A stretch of DNA of 64,000 nt from Nitrosopumilus sp. (GCA_965203315.1 OZ241857.1:224001-288000), one strand, 5' to 3'. Positions 42,559 through 55,670 are shown, numbered from the stretch's first letter. Numbers and translations: made by a program. The notes: generated from the letters alone by a model not told the origin.

Positions 42559-44752
42559 TTGCTCAAACGTCGCTTGATCTTTTTGATAGTCTTGTTAGCA
42601 GTTGTCCCATTTTTAATAGTCTATACGCCTGATGCATATGCGACTCCCCTCGCCATACCACTACCTAGTGATTTTCCCGCCTCTCTTACTATGGGTGATT
42701 CTCCATGGACGTACAGTACTTCTAGTACCGATACAGCAACATTCGGTGCTGACAGTACCAAGAGATATCAGATAGATGGTATTCACGCCGGTACATTGAT
42801 CAAGGCAGGTGATATACACGTAAAAGCCAATACAAAAATACTTTCAAATCCGTTCTTTCGAGGTCAGAATTATGGATGTTATTTTGATATACGCTCACTC
42901 CCTTCTCTAAATACTGCTTTCCCAACCAACGTACAACCAGCAGGCAACGCAACCAATCCAGCATCGATGACATTTAATGGAATTGGTGAATGTGCGGGCT
43001 GGTCTCCCGCGCAACCAATGATAACCGACAAAGAGATGCGAATCACTCTGACCAACAAAACAGGCAGTAAGGCATGGTATTCATCACCTCGTCAAAATAT
43101 AACCGAAGCACAACCGATTCCTGCATGTACTACAGATAACATGCACCTAACAACCCAGACTCTCAAAGGTAACACAAAGATGTGCTATGGTGTGTACCGT
43201 GACAATCTGATCATCGTAACCAAAAGATTCTTTGGACAATATGGAGCTGCTGATACCATTACAACACCACAAAATCCAGTGGATCTTGATTCAAGCGACT
43301 CTGTAGCTACAACAGTGCCAGATCCAATAGTGCCTGTAAACACAGTCGACGGTACAATATCCATGACAGTATCTGGTACATGGACGCCAGGTGAGCAAGC
43401 CACAGTATCAATATCTGACGCAGATCAAAACATTAACAGCACAGCAGACGACGATCAAACCATATCAAATACAAAATCTCGAATTCCGACACTGATGACG
43501 GGTGATCCACATACGTTAAAGGACGGCGATACAAATAAAATATACGCATATACCGGACGATCCAGCACGTGGATACAATTCCTTCAAGACCCTAGTCAAT
43601 CTTACATACACGCATTAGACTATAAAACAGATGACAGTCATCGTGGCATAATATCGTGGACTGGTAGTAATCCATCAAATAATGCAGAGACTCTCTCACT
43701 TGGAGGCGATGGAGTAGGACCAATGCTTGCTATACCTCTGGGTACACTAGGTGATCTCCGCGATTCCATAAACGACGACGACCTCAACGGTACAGGCAAC
43801 TTTACAGGACGAAACCTGATAAACTATGACTTTGGTTCACTGACCCCGAACATCCGAAAGAGTCAGCTTACAATAGTGAATAGTGCTGGAAATTATCTGT
43901 ATAGCGGCGTATTTGCAAGCGATGATACAAGATTCCCAAACCATGATGCTAAATCTGACCTACTAGATATTACCGGTTTTACAGTTTCGTATCAAGCTGG
44001 TACAGAATATGTACTGACTGGTTCCAATCTATTATCTCAAACAAACGTAAACGACAACAGTCAGGTTTTGTGGATAATAGAGTTCAGTGAGAGTCTCGTA
44101 TTAACCGAAGGTGTCGAGTATCCAATCGTACTGGACTTTTTCTCGTATGGATTCTATGGTGACGGTGACGGTGACAGTACAGATGAACGAATAGCCAACC
44201 AGATAATACGTATAGCAGCAGAAGAGACTGGTGTCAATACAGGTACATTTACAGGTACAATATCATATATCCTGATAAACCAACTAGATACCATAGTACA
44301 CGATGACATTTACTGGAATTCAGGACAGACCCAGGTACTAGAGACTCCTTACATCTATGAAACAATCACACCAACAGGCAAAGACGCAACGTTCATCGCG
44401 TTTGAAGGTATGACATCTCAAGTAAACTATACCGATCTCAACTCTAACGGTGTCGATACTGTATTATCTGCTCAGCAGTCTATCATTACAAACACAGGTA
44501 CAGTATCTCTAAATGATACCAGCTATGATACAGGTGATGCAGTAACTATAACACTCGTCGATCCCGATCTAAACAGAGATACTAGCACAGCTGACGTCTA
44601 TAATGTATTCCAGGATAGTACAGATCTCGATAGGGATCTGGTAGGCAAGAACGCACAGGGTCCACAAGAGACTCTGCTTTCTGGTAGATCGTTGGGAATG
44701 TTACTCGAGGTAACACTAAACAATACGAGATGGCAGTCTGGTACGTGTACTT
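42559..44752 (+). pseudogene. Large secreted S-layer-like protein, N-terminal part
   Basis: Signal peptide; D.D.N and ETG.NTGTFTG motifs typical of thaumarchaeal S-layer-like proteins. Confidence 0.75.
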
Positions 44753-45997
44753 CAGACATCGCAAATGTACGTGTAAATTTTGGCATCTAGGGTGCAATCG
44801 GCTCAGGCGGAGGCTCAGGTGGGATCTCGATCAATGTTTGCACTGTTTTAAGAAACAAGCTTTGGTACATCTTGTGAGATGTGATACCTTCAACCAACAA
44901 TACAAGATTGAATATAGTCCACAAGTTTAGCAACATTTGTGCAGACATGAACATGTAAGTTCTACACGGTGTTGATCTACTGTGAGTTCTAACACGCATA
45001 TTTCGAGTAAATTTGAATCCATTCTCAATCTCCCAACGATCGCGATATTTCTCTAGATCAATATTTGGATCATTTGTTGCAAATGCTCTATACTCTTCTG
45101 GGTCATCTCTGTCACGAGTTATTATGATGTAACATCCTGCTTGATCCTTGTTGTTCTTTATTACATATTTTGACACTCTAACTCGTTCTCCTCGTTTGTA
45201 TTCCTCTATTGCTTTTTTTATGCCAGAAGTGTTTACGCATGGCATCAGATATTTGTGTCTAGTTCCATTCAAGAATTTGATCATAGCAACTGAATAAACC
45301 CACGATCGGCAACAAACAGCGCTGGTCTTGTAGAGTTTATTTCGTAAAAATCTACAATTTTAGGCATAAAATCAGCATTTTTTTCCCCTTTTTTGACTGA
45401 AAATGTAGATAAAACAAGTCTTGTGCCGGGGTTGACCAGCTGTGCAGAGATGTGTGTCTCAAATACAGTCGTACCATCTTTCGCTCTACCCTTAATCAGA
45501 TCTGGATTATCTTTATCATATCTTGAAAAACTCGTTCTGTCTACTCCAATGATAGGATGTCGAGGAAAGCGACCAAGCCGTTTTAGCTCTGACAGGTGTT
45601 GCGTCACGACATACTTGAATATCTCATCTATCGGTTTCTCACACGTCTCTTCGATCCTCTTCCTAATCCATTCGCCTGTAGGTGCATAACCATCACTATC
45701 TCTGATCAATCTGGAACGATCAGCAGGAGATTTGTTTGCTACTGCCGCATCTATGATGATCTTGAGTCCGTCCCATTTTGTGTATTTGGCATTGTGATAA
45801 TTAGATACTTTGAATGGTATCTGATCCATAGCGTTTATGAAAATATATCTATAAGTAGAACGGTTTCTAGATACTGCTTGTCTCAGCGAGTCTGATTGTT
45901 TGCGCATTAGATTCCTGAGACATGCAATCCTTATTGACTTTGTTTGATCGATATTTTTGATCTTTTGGTTAAATTATAGTTACTTTTGCGATGTCTG
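44753..45997 (-). mobile_element. ISH3-like element, copy 2 (transposase frameshifted: 45281-45907 and 44787-45284)
   Basis: Near-identical to 26922-28167; 6-bp TSD gtactt; one A missing at gaataaaccc. Confidence 0.9.
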
Positions 45998-46003
45998 GTA
46001 CTT

Positions 46004-48018
46004 TATCTAGTGGTACACCAAACGGACTAGGCGGTACAACCTTTGCATTACAAGAGACTGGACCCAATACAGGCACATTTACAGGTACATTTGATGTACC
46101 GGCCCAGTTTTGTAATGGCGCTGATACCGTATATACAAACGGTACAAATATCGGTGTAACATATCTAGACTTTAGAGATGCGACAGGTAGTATCGTCACA
46201 GCTAGTGATACAGCTAGTATTACATCTAGTACGATGGGTGATCAAACCCCTCCAAATACACCGTCTATCAATCCCATAACCGGTAAAATACGAACTCATC
46301 AATACTATGCTGAAAAGATAAACAGTACATCTCTGATAGAATATCCAAACCCTACTGTCCTGTACAACACATTACCATTGTGCAAGGCCGATATCAGTGG
46401 CACACATCAGACAATACAAATGACAACAGACGGAGATATTTTGTTCAAGTATGCTCTAGATAAAATACAATTTGACGGTCGACTATACCTGACTCTGACA
46501 GATCACACTCCCAAAAAGACCATATCACTAGATTCTATATTTGTCCAACAGCGTGGTCATTGGTACAACTATAACAGTACTCTTCCAAAGAGTATACTGG
46601 ATCAGTTTGGCAACTTTACCCGCATAAACACCAAACTGTTTGTGACCAATGACACCATACCAAACCAAAACATATTCAGTAACAGCTCTACGGGCTCACC
46701 TCTATACTATAAAGACCACAAAAAGTTTATCATGGAACTGCCAGATGCTGTAAATACAGTAACCGTTGTATCTGGTACAATATCCGGTGTCAGTGGTACG
46801 GTATACGTTCCACAGGGTGATACTGTACAATTGAGCGCAGAGATACTGTGCCCGTTTGGTCATCTACAACCGTCCCCATCCGCCCAGGTATTTGATCTAG
46901 GTATATCTGCAGATAACGCAACAAATGGTCTCGAGATAAAGTATGAATTTACACCACAGACATTCTATCAAGGTGCCAAAGAGCAGCGACCCACAAAATT
47001 CTACTGGATTGCAACCGACTCTGACGGCAACTCTGTCAACGGCGATACGACTCGTACCATAACCAACTCATACAACTTTACCATTCCTCTAAGTGCATCT
47101 GGTACATATGATATAGTGATATACGGCTCTGATGCTGAACGTACCCTGATAGGTACACATGCAAGTTCGTACACGTTTGCAGCTGCACCATCGACTAACC
47201 AAACCACACCCACAACACCTGGCCAAACGCTAACGATAACCATACCAAATACCACTCCGTCTACTGCGACTATTGGTCTCAATACTCAGACAGCAAATGA
47301 GATAAAGTTCATCACTAGAGAGACCTCTCAAGGAAACGGTACTAGATATCATCACCATGATGATGATTCTGATGATACCAGAGCTGACATTACCATCCAT
47401 TATAACACAAAGATAACCAGCAAAACATTCGATGTCACGTCAAATACATTCTGTTATAATGCTGAAGTAAAAGTTGGCGATGATATTACGATACCAAAGT
47501 TGAACAGCTATATGGCATTGGCGCTAGAGATCACAGACTTTACTCCTAAATGTACCAACTATCCCAATATCTCATTTGACGGTAAACTGGTATTAAACAA
47601 AGAGGTCTATATACGACTAAACGGCACTGACGGTCAAAACATCTTTTATCATGTGAACGGCACAAACGACATTGTACAGATACCAAAATGTACCAGTACC
47701 AACTTTAATTCTACCAACAATACACTAAAGGGCAATACAGAAGCATGTTACGGCAAAGACGGCACAGACACTATTATCGTATCCAAGATACTTGCAATCT
47801 TTGGAGCTACAACAGAGTCTATTCCAAAGTCTGGTACATCCACGGACCCGCCTAAAAAAGATGATCAAGACGACAAAGACTCTGACAAGTCAAGAGATCT
47901 AGCAAATGCGCCAACCTTTGGTGTCTCACAACTCACCGGTGAACAATTGATAACTTGTGGCTACAAGATGGATGATACCTGTCGCGATATTACCGCATAT
48001 CATGTACAGTACGAATGA
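46004..48018 (+). pseudogene. Large S-layer-like protein, middle part
   Basis: IS removal restores GTCTLSSGTP; LQETGPNTGTFTG motif. Confidence 0.75.
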
Positions 48019-48834
48019 GATACAATACAAACCAACACCACACACACATTTGCAATAAAGACTCTGGCACCAAACATGCTATATAATGTCATACTGGCAT
48101 TTAGTGTACCAAACGTAGGCTCTTCAGTGAGTGCTGCAGAAGCATACATTTCTGTAACTCTTGGAATAAACTATAGTGAACCATCATACTATTACGTCGA
48201 GAATGTACTGGTACACGATCCAAACAACATCATAGACTATGACACACAAAACACAACAGTATCTAGAGTATCTTGTTCGGGTGACAAACTAGAGTGTACA
48301 CAAGTGACGTTCCCGGATGTACTCTTCCGTGAGGTAATGAACCATGAACCATTTGCAATACAGGTAACTGATACTCTGCGGTTCACATCCATAAACTACA
48401 TGAACGAAGGTGTCTTTGTTGAAGGCCCATCATTAAATGCACCGCCAACAATACGCCCAGGCCTGACGATATCTCGTGACGATGGCAGACCAATAAACTT
48501 GGTACTAGTACGTACAGACAAGGTATCTGATCTATGGGCCGATGCACTTGGCAACACGTGGAGTCGCAACTCTTTTGGTAATTTCGTAATTGTCGAACAT
48601 GCTCCACATGCTGGTACAGTCCCAGTATGTACAGACATCAACGACAGAATATGTGCACCATTCAAAACTAAACTCGATTGGCACAATCAAAAGATGATCG
48701 AGTTGCGTGACTCGTTATACGATGCATACGAGACAGAACCATACGCCGAGATTGATAGTATCTTTACCTACGAATTTGATGATATAGATCCACGCACTAG
48801 AACATTGATGAATCTTGGTTGGTTAACCGAGTAG
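48019..48834 (+). pseudogene. Large surface protein, C-terminal part (in frame after TGA at 48016-18)
   Basis: 19 sense codons link the stop to ATG 48076 in the same frame. Confidence 0.7.
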
Positions 48835-49019
48835 GTTTATGTCTATAACTATTGCAAATGTTTGTAGAAAGAAAAGATAAAAGTTCATTCACGGAGAGAA
48901 CGGTCTGACGGTTCCAGCAGAATCTTTACAATTCAGATCAATAATCGATACCACACAGTTTGGAACGTAAAGATCAAACATATCCACCAAATGGAGTCAA
49001 TAGTGATTACATGTAGCAG

Positions 49020-49480
49020 ATGCTCCCAAGGTACTAATTATCACAATGCCAAATATACAAAATGTGGGTGGATTCAAGATCACATATACATCAGTAAACA
49101 CATCTCCCTCTATTTGTTCTAGATTGATCAGAGATAGTTATGGTTATGGTTATGGTTATGCGCTTACAATCGACTGGTTGAAGAAAAGAATCGAAGAGAC
49201 GTGTGCTAAATCAAGAGGACGTATTCAAGGATGCCGTGTGGGAACGGATCTTTTTGATTTACATTGGGTAGAACAATTACAGAAAAATCACAAGATTCTA
49301 TAAAGGAAAATTAGAAAAAAAGCCTTGTGAAATGTCATCCTACATAAATCGAAGAGATCAAAAAATATGAAGCTAAAGACACATAGCAGATCCACTGACT
49401 GTATAACGTTGATGATCATCTATACACAGATGCTGTTGAATTTATGGACCGTCTTTAATATCGCATTATTGCGAGAGAGT
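49020..49480 (+). mobile_element. Decayed ISH3-like remnant containing a MITE C (49246-49359)
   Basis: SRLIRDS.GY...W..KRIEETC and KTHSRST....QMLLNLWTVFN match the 26956 transposase. Confidence 0.7.
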
Positions 49481-49653
49481 TGACAAGTTACCTCAAGATG
49501 ACTATCTTGATCTTTTGGAGTCATTAATCGGAGAGATTCCGAAATAACTGATCTTTCTGTGAGCGAAGACTTGTCTTTTTCTGTGAACCCTTGCAATGTC
49601 TGGAGATTGTAGTGTTGCTATGAATTCTTGTAATCCTTTTGTATCTGCAATAA

Positions 49654-50691
49654 TCAATCAAACAATTTTGGAATCGATTCACTATATGGTGCACTTGCAA
49701 CTCCTTTCTCTGTGATGATTCCGGTTATCAACTCTGGCGGCGTCATGTCAAATGCTGGGTTGATGACATCGATCCCTTTGGGTGCTGTTCTACTCGTTCC
49801 CGTTCCTGTAACTTCTGTATCTCGTCTCATCTCGATTATTACATCCCTTGCATCTGTATCGAGATCTATGGTGGATAATGGGGCTGCCACATAGAATGGA
49901 ATGTTGTGCTGTTTGGCCATCGTTGCTACTTGATACGTTCCAATCTTGTTAAAGACATGACCAGTCCTTACAATACGATCTGCACCTACGACAACCTTGT
50001 TAACTAGACCATTTGCCATAGTGTATCCAACAGCTGTATCTGGAATTAGACTCACATCGAACCCATCGTGTAACAACTCAAACGCAGTCAGTCTAGAGCC
50101 TTGCTGTACAGGTCTCGTCTCAGTCGCAATGACTTTGATCTCTTTTCCACTGTCTCTTGTTGCACGAATTACTCCTAGCGCTGTTCCGTATGATACAGTT
50201 GCTAACGCACCTGCGTTACAATGTGTCATTATACAATCTCCGTTATCAAATAACATAGATCCATTCTTACCCATCATCTGATTTGTTGTAATGTCATCAT
50301 CTGCCATCTCTTTTGCTGTCTCTACGATGTTGTGTTTCATGTCAGATATCGTCTCCGACGATTCTGCAATATTCATAATCTTGTCGAGCCCCCACCTGAG
50401 ATTGATCGCAGTAGGTCTTGTTGCAAGCAGTACATCTCTGGCAAGATTGAGATCTCGTAACAACTCGTCTCGTACATTGGCATTGCTGTGTAGTGCAGCT
50501 AGCGCCATCCCAAACGCTGCTGAAACTCCAATTGCGGGCGCTCCACGTACAATTAAACATTTTATTGCGTCTGCAACTTGATGATAGTCTGTATATGTAA
50601 CAAATACTAGCTCGTTTGGTAACTTTGTCTGATCGATCATTATGACCTTATCGTCTTCCCATCGTACAGTTCGCAGTGAACTTGAATCCAT
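49654..50691 (-). CDS. mtnA: Methylthioribose-1-phosphate isomerase
   Basis: VRGAPAIG, RPTA.NL, THCNAG.LAT, ETRP..QG.RLT and NPAFD.TP motifs. Confidence 0.93.
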   Translation of the reverse strand: MDSSSLRTVRWEDDKVIMIDQTKLPNELVFVTYTDYHQVADAIKCLIVRGAPAIGVSAAFGMALAALHSNANVRDELLRDLNLARDVLLATRPTAINLRWGLDKIMNIAESSETISDMKHNIVETAKEMADDDITTNQMMGKNGSMLFDNGDCIMTHCNAGALATVSYGTALGVIRATRDSGKEIKVIATETRPVQQGSRLTAFELLHDGFDVSLIPDTAVGYTMANGLVNKVVVGADRIVRTGHVFNKIGTYQVATMAKQHNIPFYVAAPLSTIDLDTDARDVIIEMRRDTEVTGTGTSRTAPKGIDVINPAFDMTPPELITGIITEKGVASAPYSESIPKLFD

Positions 50692-51155
50692 GTGATTGAG
50701 ATGTGATTATCTCTTAATAATCTGTTTTTATCTTGGGCGATTACGGATATATCAAAAGTTCATCAGCATTCGATATTCATCTTGTTGTATCGATAACTAG
50801 TGCTTTTTTTGATATTTAGAATAAATACTTTGATCGGCATCTTGCTGTCACAAGATGTGTGTTGATATGTTACATTCCATTACAAATTCCATATAGTAAT
50901 CTCTCTAGTATTATTGTAACTCGATACTGTACAGTTATCTAACATGATGACTGTCTGTTAGTATGATACTAGTAATAGTATAACATGTTATGGAACAGTT
51001 CAATTAAACAATGATGGATCGAGTTTGATGGGGATACACTGGTGGCTGTTTTTTGATGTGTCGCATACCCCAGTTGCTTTCATGCGTGACAATGGTACTC
51101 GGATTGCATAGTGTACAGATCAAAAAAGAGATAAATCTCTGGCAACACATCTAGA

Positions 51156-51509
51156 GTGATGAATCGCTGTAACTATTGCAACTCTGTTTTTGGAGATCGT
51201 GTATGCTACTTTTGTAATAAGCGATGCTGCACATCGTGTATGACAGACGATAAAAGTCGTTGTAAGCGATGCTATATCGAGAAGAGGCGATTGAGCCCAG
51301 GAGCAATCCTAAAGAAGAATAAACTAATCTTGATCTTTGCTGGACTCTTGTGGCTATATGCTGTCTTTCCAGGTCCATTGATTCCTGGACTAGATCCAAC
51401 CTTTTATGCAATATCTATAGTGGCTGCAATATTGATCATGATTCCATTGGGACTAGCAATGTTCTTTTGGTCACTGAATCCACCAACATCTGATACAAGA
51501 AGGAGATGA
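51156..51509 (+). CDS. Cys-rich Zn-finger plus two-TM hypothetical protein
   Basis: Four CxxC pairs followed by two TM helices; 3 bp upstream of bioA. Confidence 0.75.
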   Translation: MMNRCNYCNSVFGDRVCYFCNKRCCTSCMTDDKSRCKRCYIEKRRLSPGAILKKNKLILIFAGLLWLYAVFPGPLIPGLDPTFYAISIVAAILIMIPLGLAMFFWSLNPPTSDTRRR

Positions 51510-51512
51510 TAT

Positions 51513-52838
51513 GTGACGATGAATGTAGAGAGTTCTAGAGTTTGGTACCCAAACACACAGATGAGCGAATGGGACGATCGACCCACAATCGAATCTGCTA
51601 GAGGTGTCTGGCTCATAGACAGTAAAGGGAACAAAATGATCGATGGAGTGGCATCGATGTGGTGTAATGTTTGGGGACATTCCAACTCGCGCTTGATCAA
51701 AGCTATCACAAATCAGGTGAATCATCTACAACACACATCCATGTTCAATCTGACCAATAAACCTGCAGAAGAACTTGCACATCGTTTGATATCGATATCG
51801 CCTGGCATGGATCGTGTATTTTATTCTGATAATGGTTCATCGTCTATGGAGATTGCGATAAAGATGATTTTACAATACTGGAAGAACCAAAACGTAAAGA
51901 GAACAAAGATTGGAGTATTGGAGAATGGATATCATGGTGATACTTTTGGTGCCATGTCTATAGGATATGTCCCAGAGTTCTTTGATGCGTTTCGGGATCA
52001 ATTGTTTGACACCATCAAGTTTCCAGTCCCTAATACGTATCGTATACCTGAATCATACACTCTACAAGACTATCAGAACTATTGTCTAGATCAGATTGAA
52101 GATCAACTATCTACTGGTAAGTTTGCGGGATTTGTGATGGAGAGTGGAGCTCAAGTTGCTGGTGGCGTAATTATATACCCTGATAAATTTCAGTCCGAGA
52201 TAGCAAGGATATGTAAGCGACATAATGTGTTGTTTGCACTAGATGAGGTTGCGACTGGATTTGGTAGACTCGGCTCTATGGTACAATATACGGCACAAAA
52301 CTCTCAACCCGATATTGTGTCCTATGGAAAGATGCTTACTGCTGGTTATCTTTCAATGGCAGCCACACTTGCCACAAAGTCATTGTACGATGAGTTTTTG
52401 GGAGAATTTGATCAGAAGCGACATCTCTTTCATGGTCATACTTATACGGGCAATCCTATTGCGGCCAGTGTCGCAAACGAGAACCTGAGTATGTATGATG
52501 ATTATCAACTAGTGTATACTTTGAGGTCTCTGTCGGAGATATTTGCTTCCTATCGTGATACGTTATGTGAGATTAACTTGGTTGGTGATGTTAGGCACAA
52601 AGGGATGTTGATGGGAATCGAACTCGTCTCGGATCGTACAAAAAAGACACCATTATCGGCCAAACAATCGATCAACAAGATCATCTTTAAAGAAGGGCAA
52701 CAACATGGTGTATATCTGCGCACATTGGACAATATCGTAACGGTTGTTCCACCGTTGGCAATCACATCTCAAGAACTACATATATTGTTAGACCGAGTGG
52801 TCGAGACAATAAAATCTACTAGTAAGCATTATGCATAA
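51513..52838 (+). CDS. bioA: Adenosylmethionine-8-amino-7-oxononanoate aminotransferase
   Basis: W.P.TQ, YHGDT.GAMS, DEVATGFGR.G, GK.LT.GY and HGHTY.GNP motifs. Confidence 0.94.
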   Translation: MTMNVESSRVWYPNTQMSEWDDRPTIESARGVWLIDSKGNKMIDGVASMWCNVWGHSNSRLIKAITNQVNHLQHTSMFNLTNKPAEELAHRLISISPGMDRVFYSDNGSSSMEIAIKMILQYWKNQNVKRTKIGVLENGYHGDTFGAMSIGYVPEFFDAFRDQLFDTIKFPVPNTYRIPESYTLQDYQNYCLDQIEDQLSTGKFAGFVMESGAQVAGGVIIYPDKFQSEIARICKRHNVLFALDEVATGFGRLGSMVQYTAQNSQPDIVSYGKMLTAGYLSMAATLATKSLYDEFLGEFDQKRHLFHGHTYTGNPIAASVANENLSMYDDYQLVYTLRSLSEIFASYRDTLCEINLVGDVRHKGMLMGIELVSDRTKKTPLSAKQSINKIIFKEGQQHGVYLRTLDNIVTVVPPLAITSQELHILLDRVVETIKSTSKHYA

Positions 52839-53165
52839 CATTTCAATTATGTTTATGGTACATGTTTCTGTATTCAATAGATGTGTGATGTTGTTACTCG
52901 ATTTGTGTATTGTATAAAAGAGACGAATTCTAGTTTAATACGATAATGTGTGGTAACTTGTCTCTGTTCATGTTTGTATTCACCAAAATCAAACATATGT
53001 CAATAATAAAACTATGATATGTGTAACCACAAGAGAGACAAACATTGTCAAAAACGAGTTAGATATCTGCGTACTGGTACACAATGCTACCCTGTATGAT
53101 TGTACAAGATATCGGATTGCTAAATACCACAAATTTGAATTAGCAGAACTGAAATCTCACATATC

Positions 53166-54383
53166 TTAATGTATGTCTCTGTTCTTTAGCTTGCGTAATA
53201 AAAAAGTCATCTCATAGATTTTGTGGTAAATAGTTTTTGCCTTTCTTCTCTTCTTTGATTTTATCATGTTAAATACACGATTCCATTGCTGTAGTTGATT
53301 TTGATAGTTTATGATTTGATGTAACCACTCATACTGTTTTCTTTGCAACTCTTGTCTAAATTTATCATCTCGGACCATTCTGTCGATGTATTGAGCGATC
53401 GATTTTGGATCTCTTGCACCCTTGTAAAACGGATCGTTATCTGTGTACCCTAATTCGTCTGAGTGAAAGACAGGTACTCCACACGCTATTGCCTCTTTTT
53501 CTATAGCTGGCGCATACGCTTCTTCAATATCGCCCATTACAGCATCAACAGATTTGTAATAATTTACTATCTCTTGAGGGTTTATTTTTGGAATCAGTTT
53601 TACTTTTTTCGGCAGATTCTCAACAATCTTTGTATAATATGACTTGTCTATTCCCGACCAGTCTACTAGATGTACTTCAAAGTCAGTACTGGTCTCTTTG
53701 ATGGCTGACATCAAGATATCTGTACCTTTCCACGGCTCAATTCGAGCAGGTGTTAGGAATGTAAATTTTTCTTTCTTTATGTGTGGTTTAGATACTGGCT
53801 TTGTATTGTACCTTTCAAAATCTATTGGATTGACTATCTCTTCTATGTGGTCGTTACGGTAATCTCTTAATCTCTCTGTATAGTATCTACTACCTGATAC
53901 AATTGTATTTGCGCTAACTAGTATATCATCATACAATTTATTACGGAACCATCTTCTTAGACCGGAGAGATCTTTAAAGATCCTGTCTCTAGGACCTATG
54001 AAATAATCGTTGATGTAAGGAATATAATCGACATTGGCAAGATAGCATATTAACGCAGAATCCCATCCAAAACAGATGACAACATCGTAATTCTCCTTGA
54101 TATCATCGAACTCTTTACGTTGTAATCCAAAGTTCACATTCTTGAGGTATCTGGGATTTTTGCCAGGTATAATCTTGTTTCTAAAACCATGCGTATACAA
54201 CATATCGGCGTTGGGTATTATCTTGGACAAGGTGGCACCAACACTTACAAAATCATTAAAGATCAGTACGCGAGGATCATTCAATGGCTGACAAAAAAAA
54301 AAAAAACGTCTAATAAACTCTAGTTTGCTATCTGCGATAATTTCTGGACTATGTGGCTTGGCTAGTATGTTCTGGATAATCAT
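53166..54383 (-). CDS. GT-B glycosyltransferase (GT4-like)
   Basis: R..PWKG.D and EAIACGVPV motifs; T14 tract near the 5' end; start uncertain. Confidence 0.8.
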   Translation of the reverse strand: MIIQNILAKPHSPEIIADSKLEFIRRFFFFCQPLNDPRVLIFNDFVSVGATLSKIIPNADMLYTHGFRNKIIPGKNPRYLKNVNFGLQRKEFDDIKENYDVVICFGWDSALICYLANVDYIPYINDYFIGPRDRIFKDLSGLRRWFRNKLYDDILVSANTIVSGSRYYTERLRDYRNDHIEEIVNPIDFERYNTKPVSKPHIKKEKFTFLTPARIEPWKGTDILMSAIKETSTDFEVHLVDWSGIDKSYYTKIVENLPKKVKLIPKINPQEIVNYYKSVDAVMGDIEEAYAPAIEKEAIACGVPVFHSDELGYTDNDPFYKGARDPKSIAQYIDRMVRDDKFRQELQRKQYEWLHQIINYQNQLQQWNRVFNMIKSKKRRKAKTIYHKIYEMTFLLRKLKNRDIH

Positions 54384-54502
54384 GGGTGGTTATCTGATGT
54401 TGGTCTGCCTTGTGATGAATTATTGGCGAGTTGATGTATTTTATATGGGTATGAACTTGTCATGAGCAAAGAGATTTAAACCGATCACTGTAGATACGTG
54501 GT

Positions 54503-54898
54503 ATGGATCCAAGCTATTATTGGTTGTTTATGTTGTTTCTATTGATTCCATTGTCTAGAATCATAGTTCGTCTTATATCACGACGCGGTGATTATAAAGT
54601 ACCGTATACTGAACGTACAAGAGAACGATATACTAACAATGGCCAAGATCTTAAATCTTATATAGATCCATCTAAACGTACACGTGAGATGCAGGTGCTA
54701 GGATTGATTCACCAAGGCGCAAATACGTTTGAAAAGATTCAGGGATCGACCAATATGGATGCTAGTGATCTAGAGTCGGTTTTAGCAGACCTCGAAGCAC
54801 GCCAAATGATCAAGGTACGTGAAAAGCGAGGCGTGTTTGGGTTGAGGATCGAACTATATGCTACCAATAAAGGATTCAAAGAGTACTATTCAAAGTAG
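54503..54898 (+). CDS. Membrane-anchored wHTH-like hypothetical protein
   Basis: N-terminal TM; C-terminal L..LE....I...E....G.......T.KG. Confidence 0.7.
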   Translation: MDPSYYWLFMLFLLIPLSRIIVRLISRRGDYKVPYTERTRERYTNNGQDLKSYIDPSKRTREMQVLGLIHQGANTFEKIQGSTNMDASDLESVLADLEARQMIKVREKRGVFGLRIELYATNKGFKEYYSK

Positions 54899-55582
54899 AC
54901 TCGTATCGATCGAGTCTTGAAATATCTTGTATAATGTCGCTTCATCTAATTTTGGTATGACTGGAATTGTCCCCAAGATTGGTAGAGACGTAATGTCTCG
55001 TAGATCGTCTGCAAGTGATTTTGGTTCATAACCGTCAGAGTCTATGGCGTTTATTATTATGCCACAGATAGGTATTTCATGCGTTCTACACATCTCTACT
55101 GTCAATAGTGTGTGGTTTATTGTACCGACTCTGTTTCGAGTTACAATTACTGTTCGTATGCCCATCTGTTTTATCATGTTGTATACAAAGTAATCTCTAG
55201 TTATGGGTGTCATTATTCCACCAATCCCTTCAACCAAAATCATATCATGACGATTACATAACTGCGTAAAGGACGAGATTACTAAATTCATGTCTGGCTG
55301 TACTCTTGACGACTTTGCAGCAGTGTACGGTGAGGCTGGCAATTGATAGTGTTGTGGATTTATTAAACTTTGTGGATCATTACAATGTGCAGCTCTGATC
55401 AATATGTTTACATCTGTCAAGTCTGGATTGGACGAATTTGTACCTGTAGCAAATGGCTTCATTACCCCAACATCTATGTCTTGTTTGTGCAGCAGCGTGG
55501 CCAATCCGGCTGTTATGCAAGTCTTGCCTACATCAGTATCTGTCCCGGTAATGAATAGTGACTCCACAGTTTGATATCTCAT
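54890..55582 (-). CDS. bioD: Dethiobiotin synthase
   Basis: FITGTDTDVGKT, KP.ATG, EG.GG and G.INHTLL motifs. Confidence 0.95.
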   Translation of the reverse strand: MRYQTVESLFITGTDTDVGKTCITAGLATLLHKQDIDVGVMKPFATGTNSSNPDLTDVNILIRAAHCNDPQSLINPQHYQLPASPYTAAKSSRVQPDMNLVISSFTQLCNRHDMILVEGIGGIMTPITRDYFVYNMIKQMGIRTVIVTRNRVGTINHTLLTVEMCRTHEIPICGIIINAIDSDGYEPKSLADDLRDITSLPILGTIPVIPKLDEATLYKIFQDSIDTSLL

Positions 55583-55670
55583 ATGACATTATAAAAGTAG
55601 CAAGTACCTTACATGTCATCCTTTTATCGATCTCTTTGATTTATCTATTGGATGGTCTTGTTGCATGAAT

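Noticed and set aside
48016-48018. TGA as selenocysteine or programmed readthrough
   Set aside because: The gene is already IS-disrupted, so a nonsense mutation is simpler; no SECIS evident
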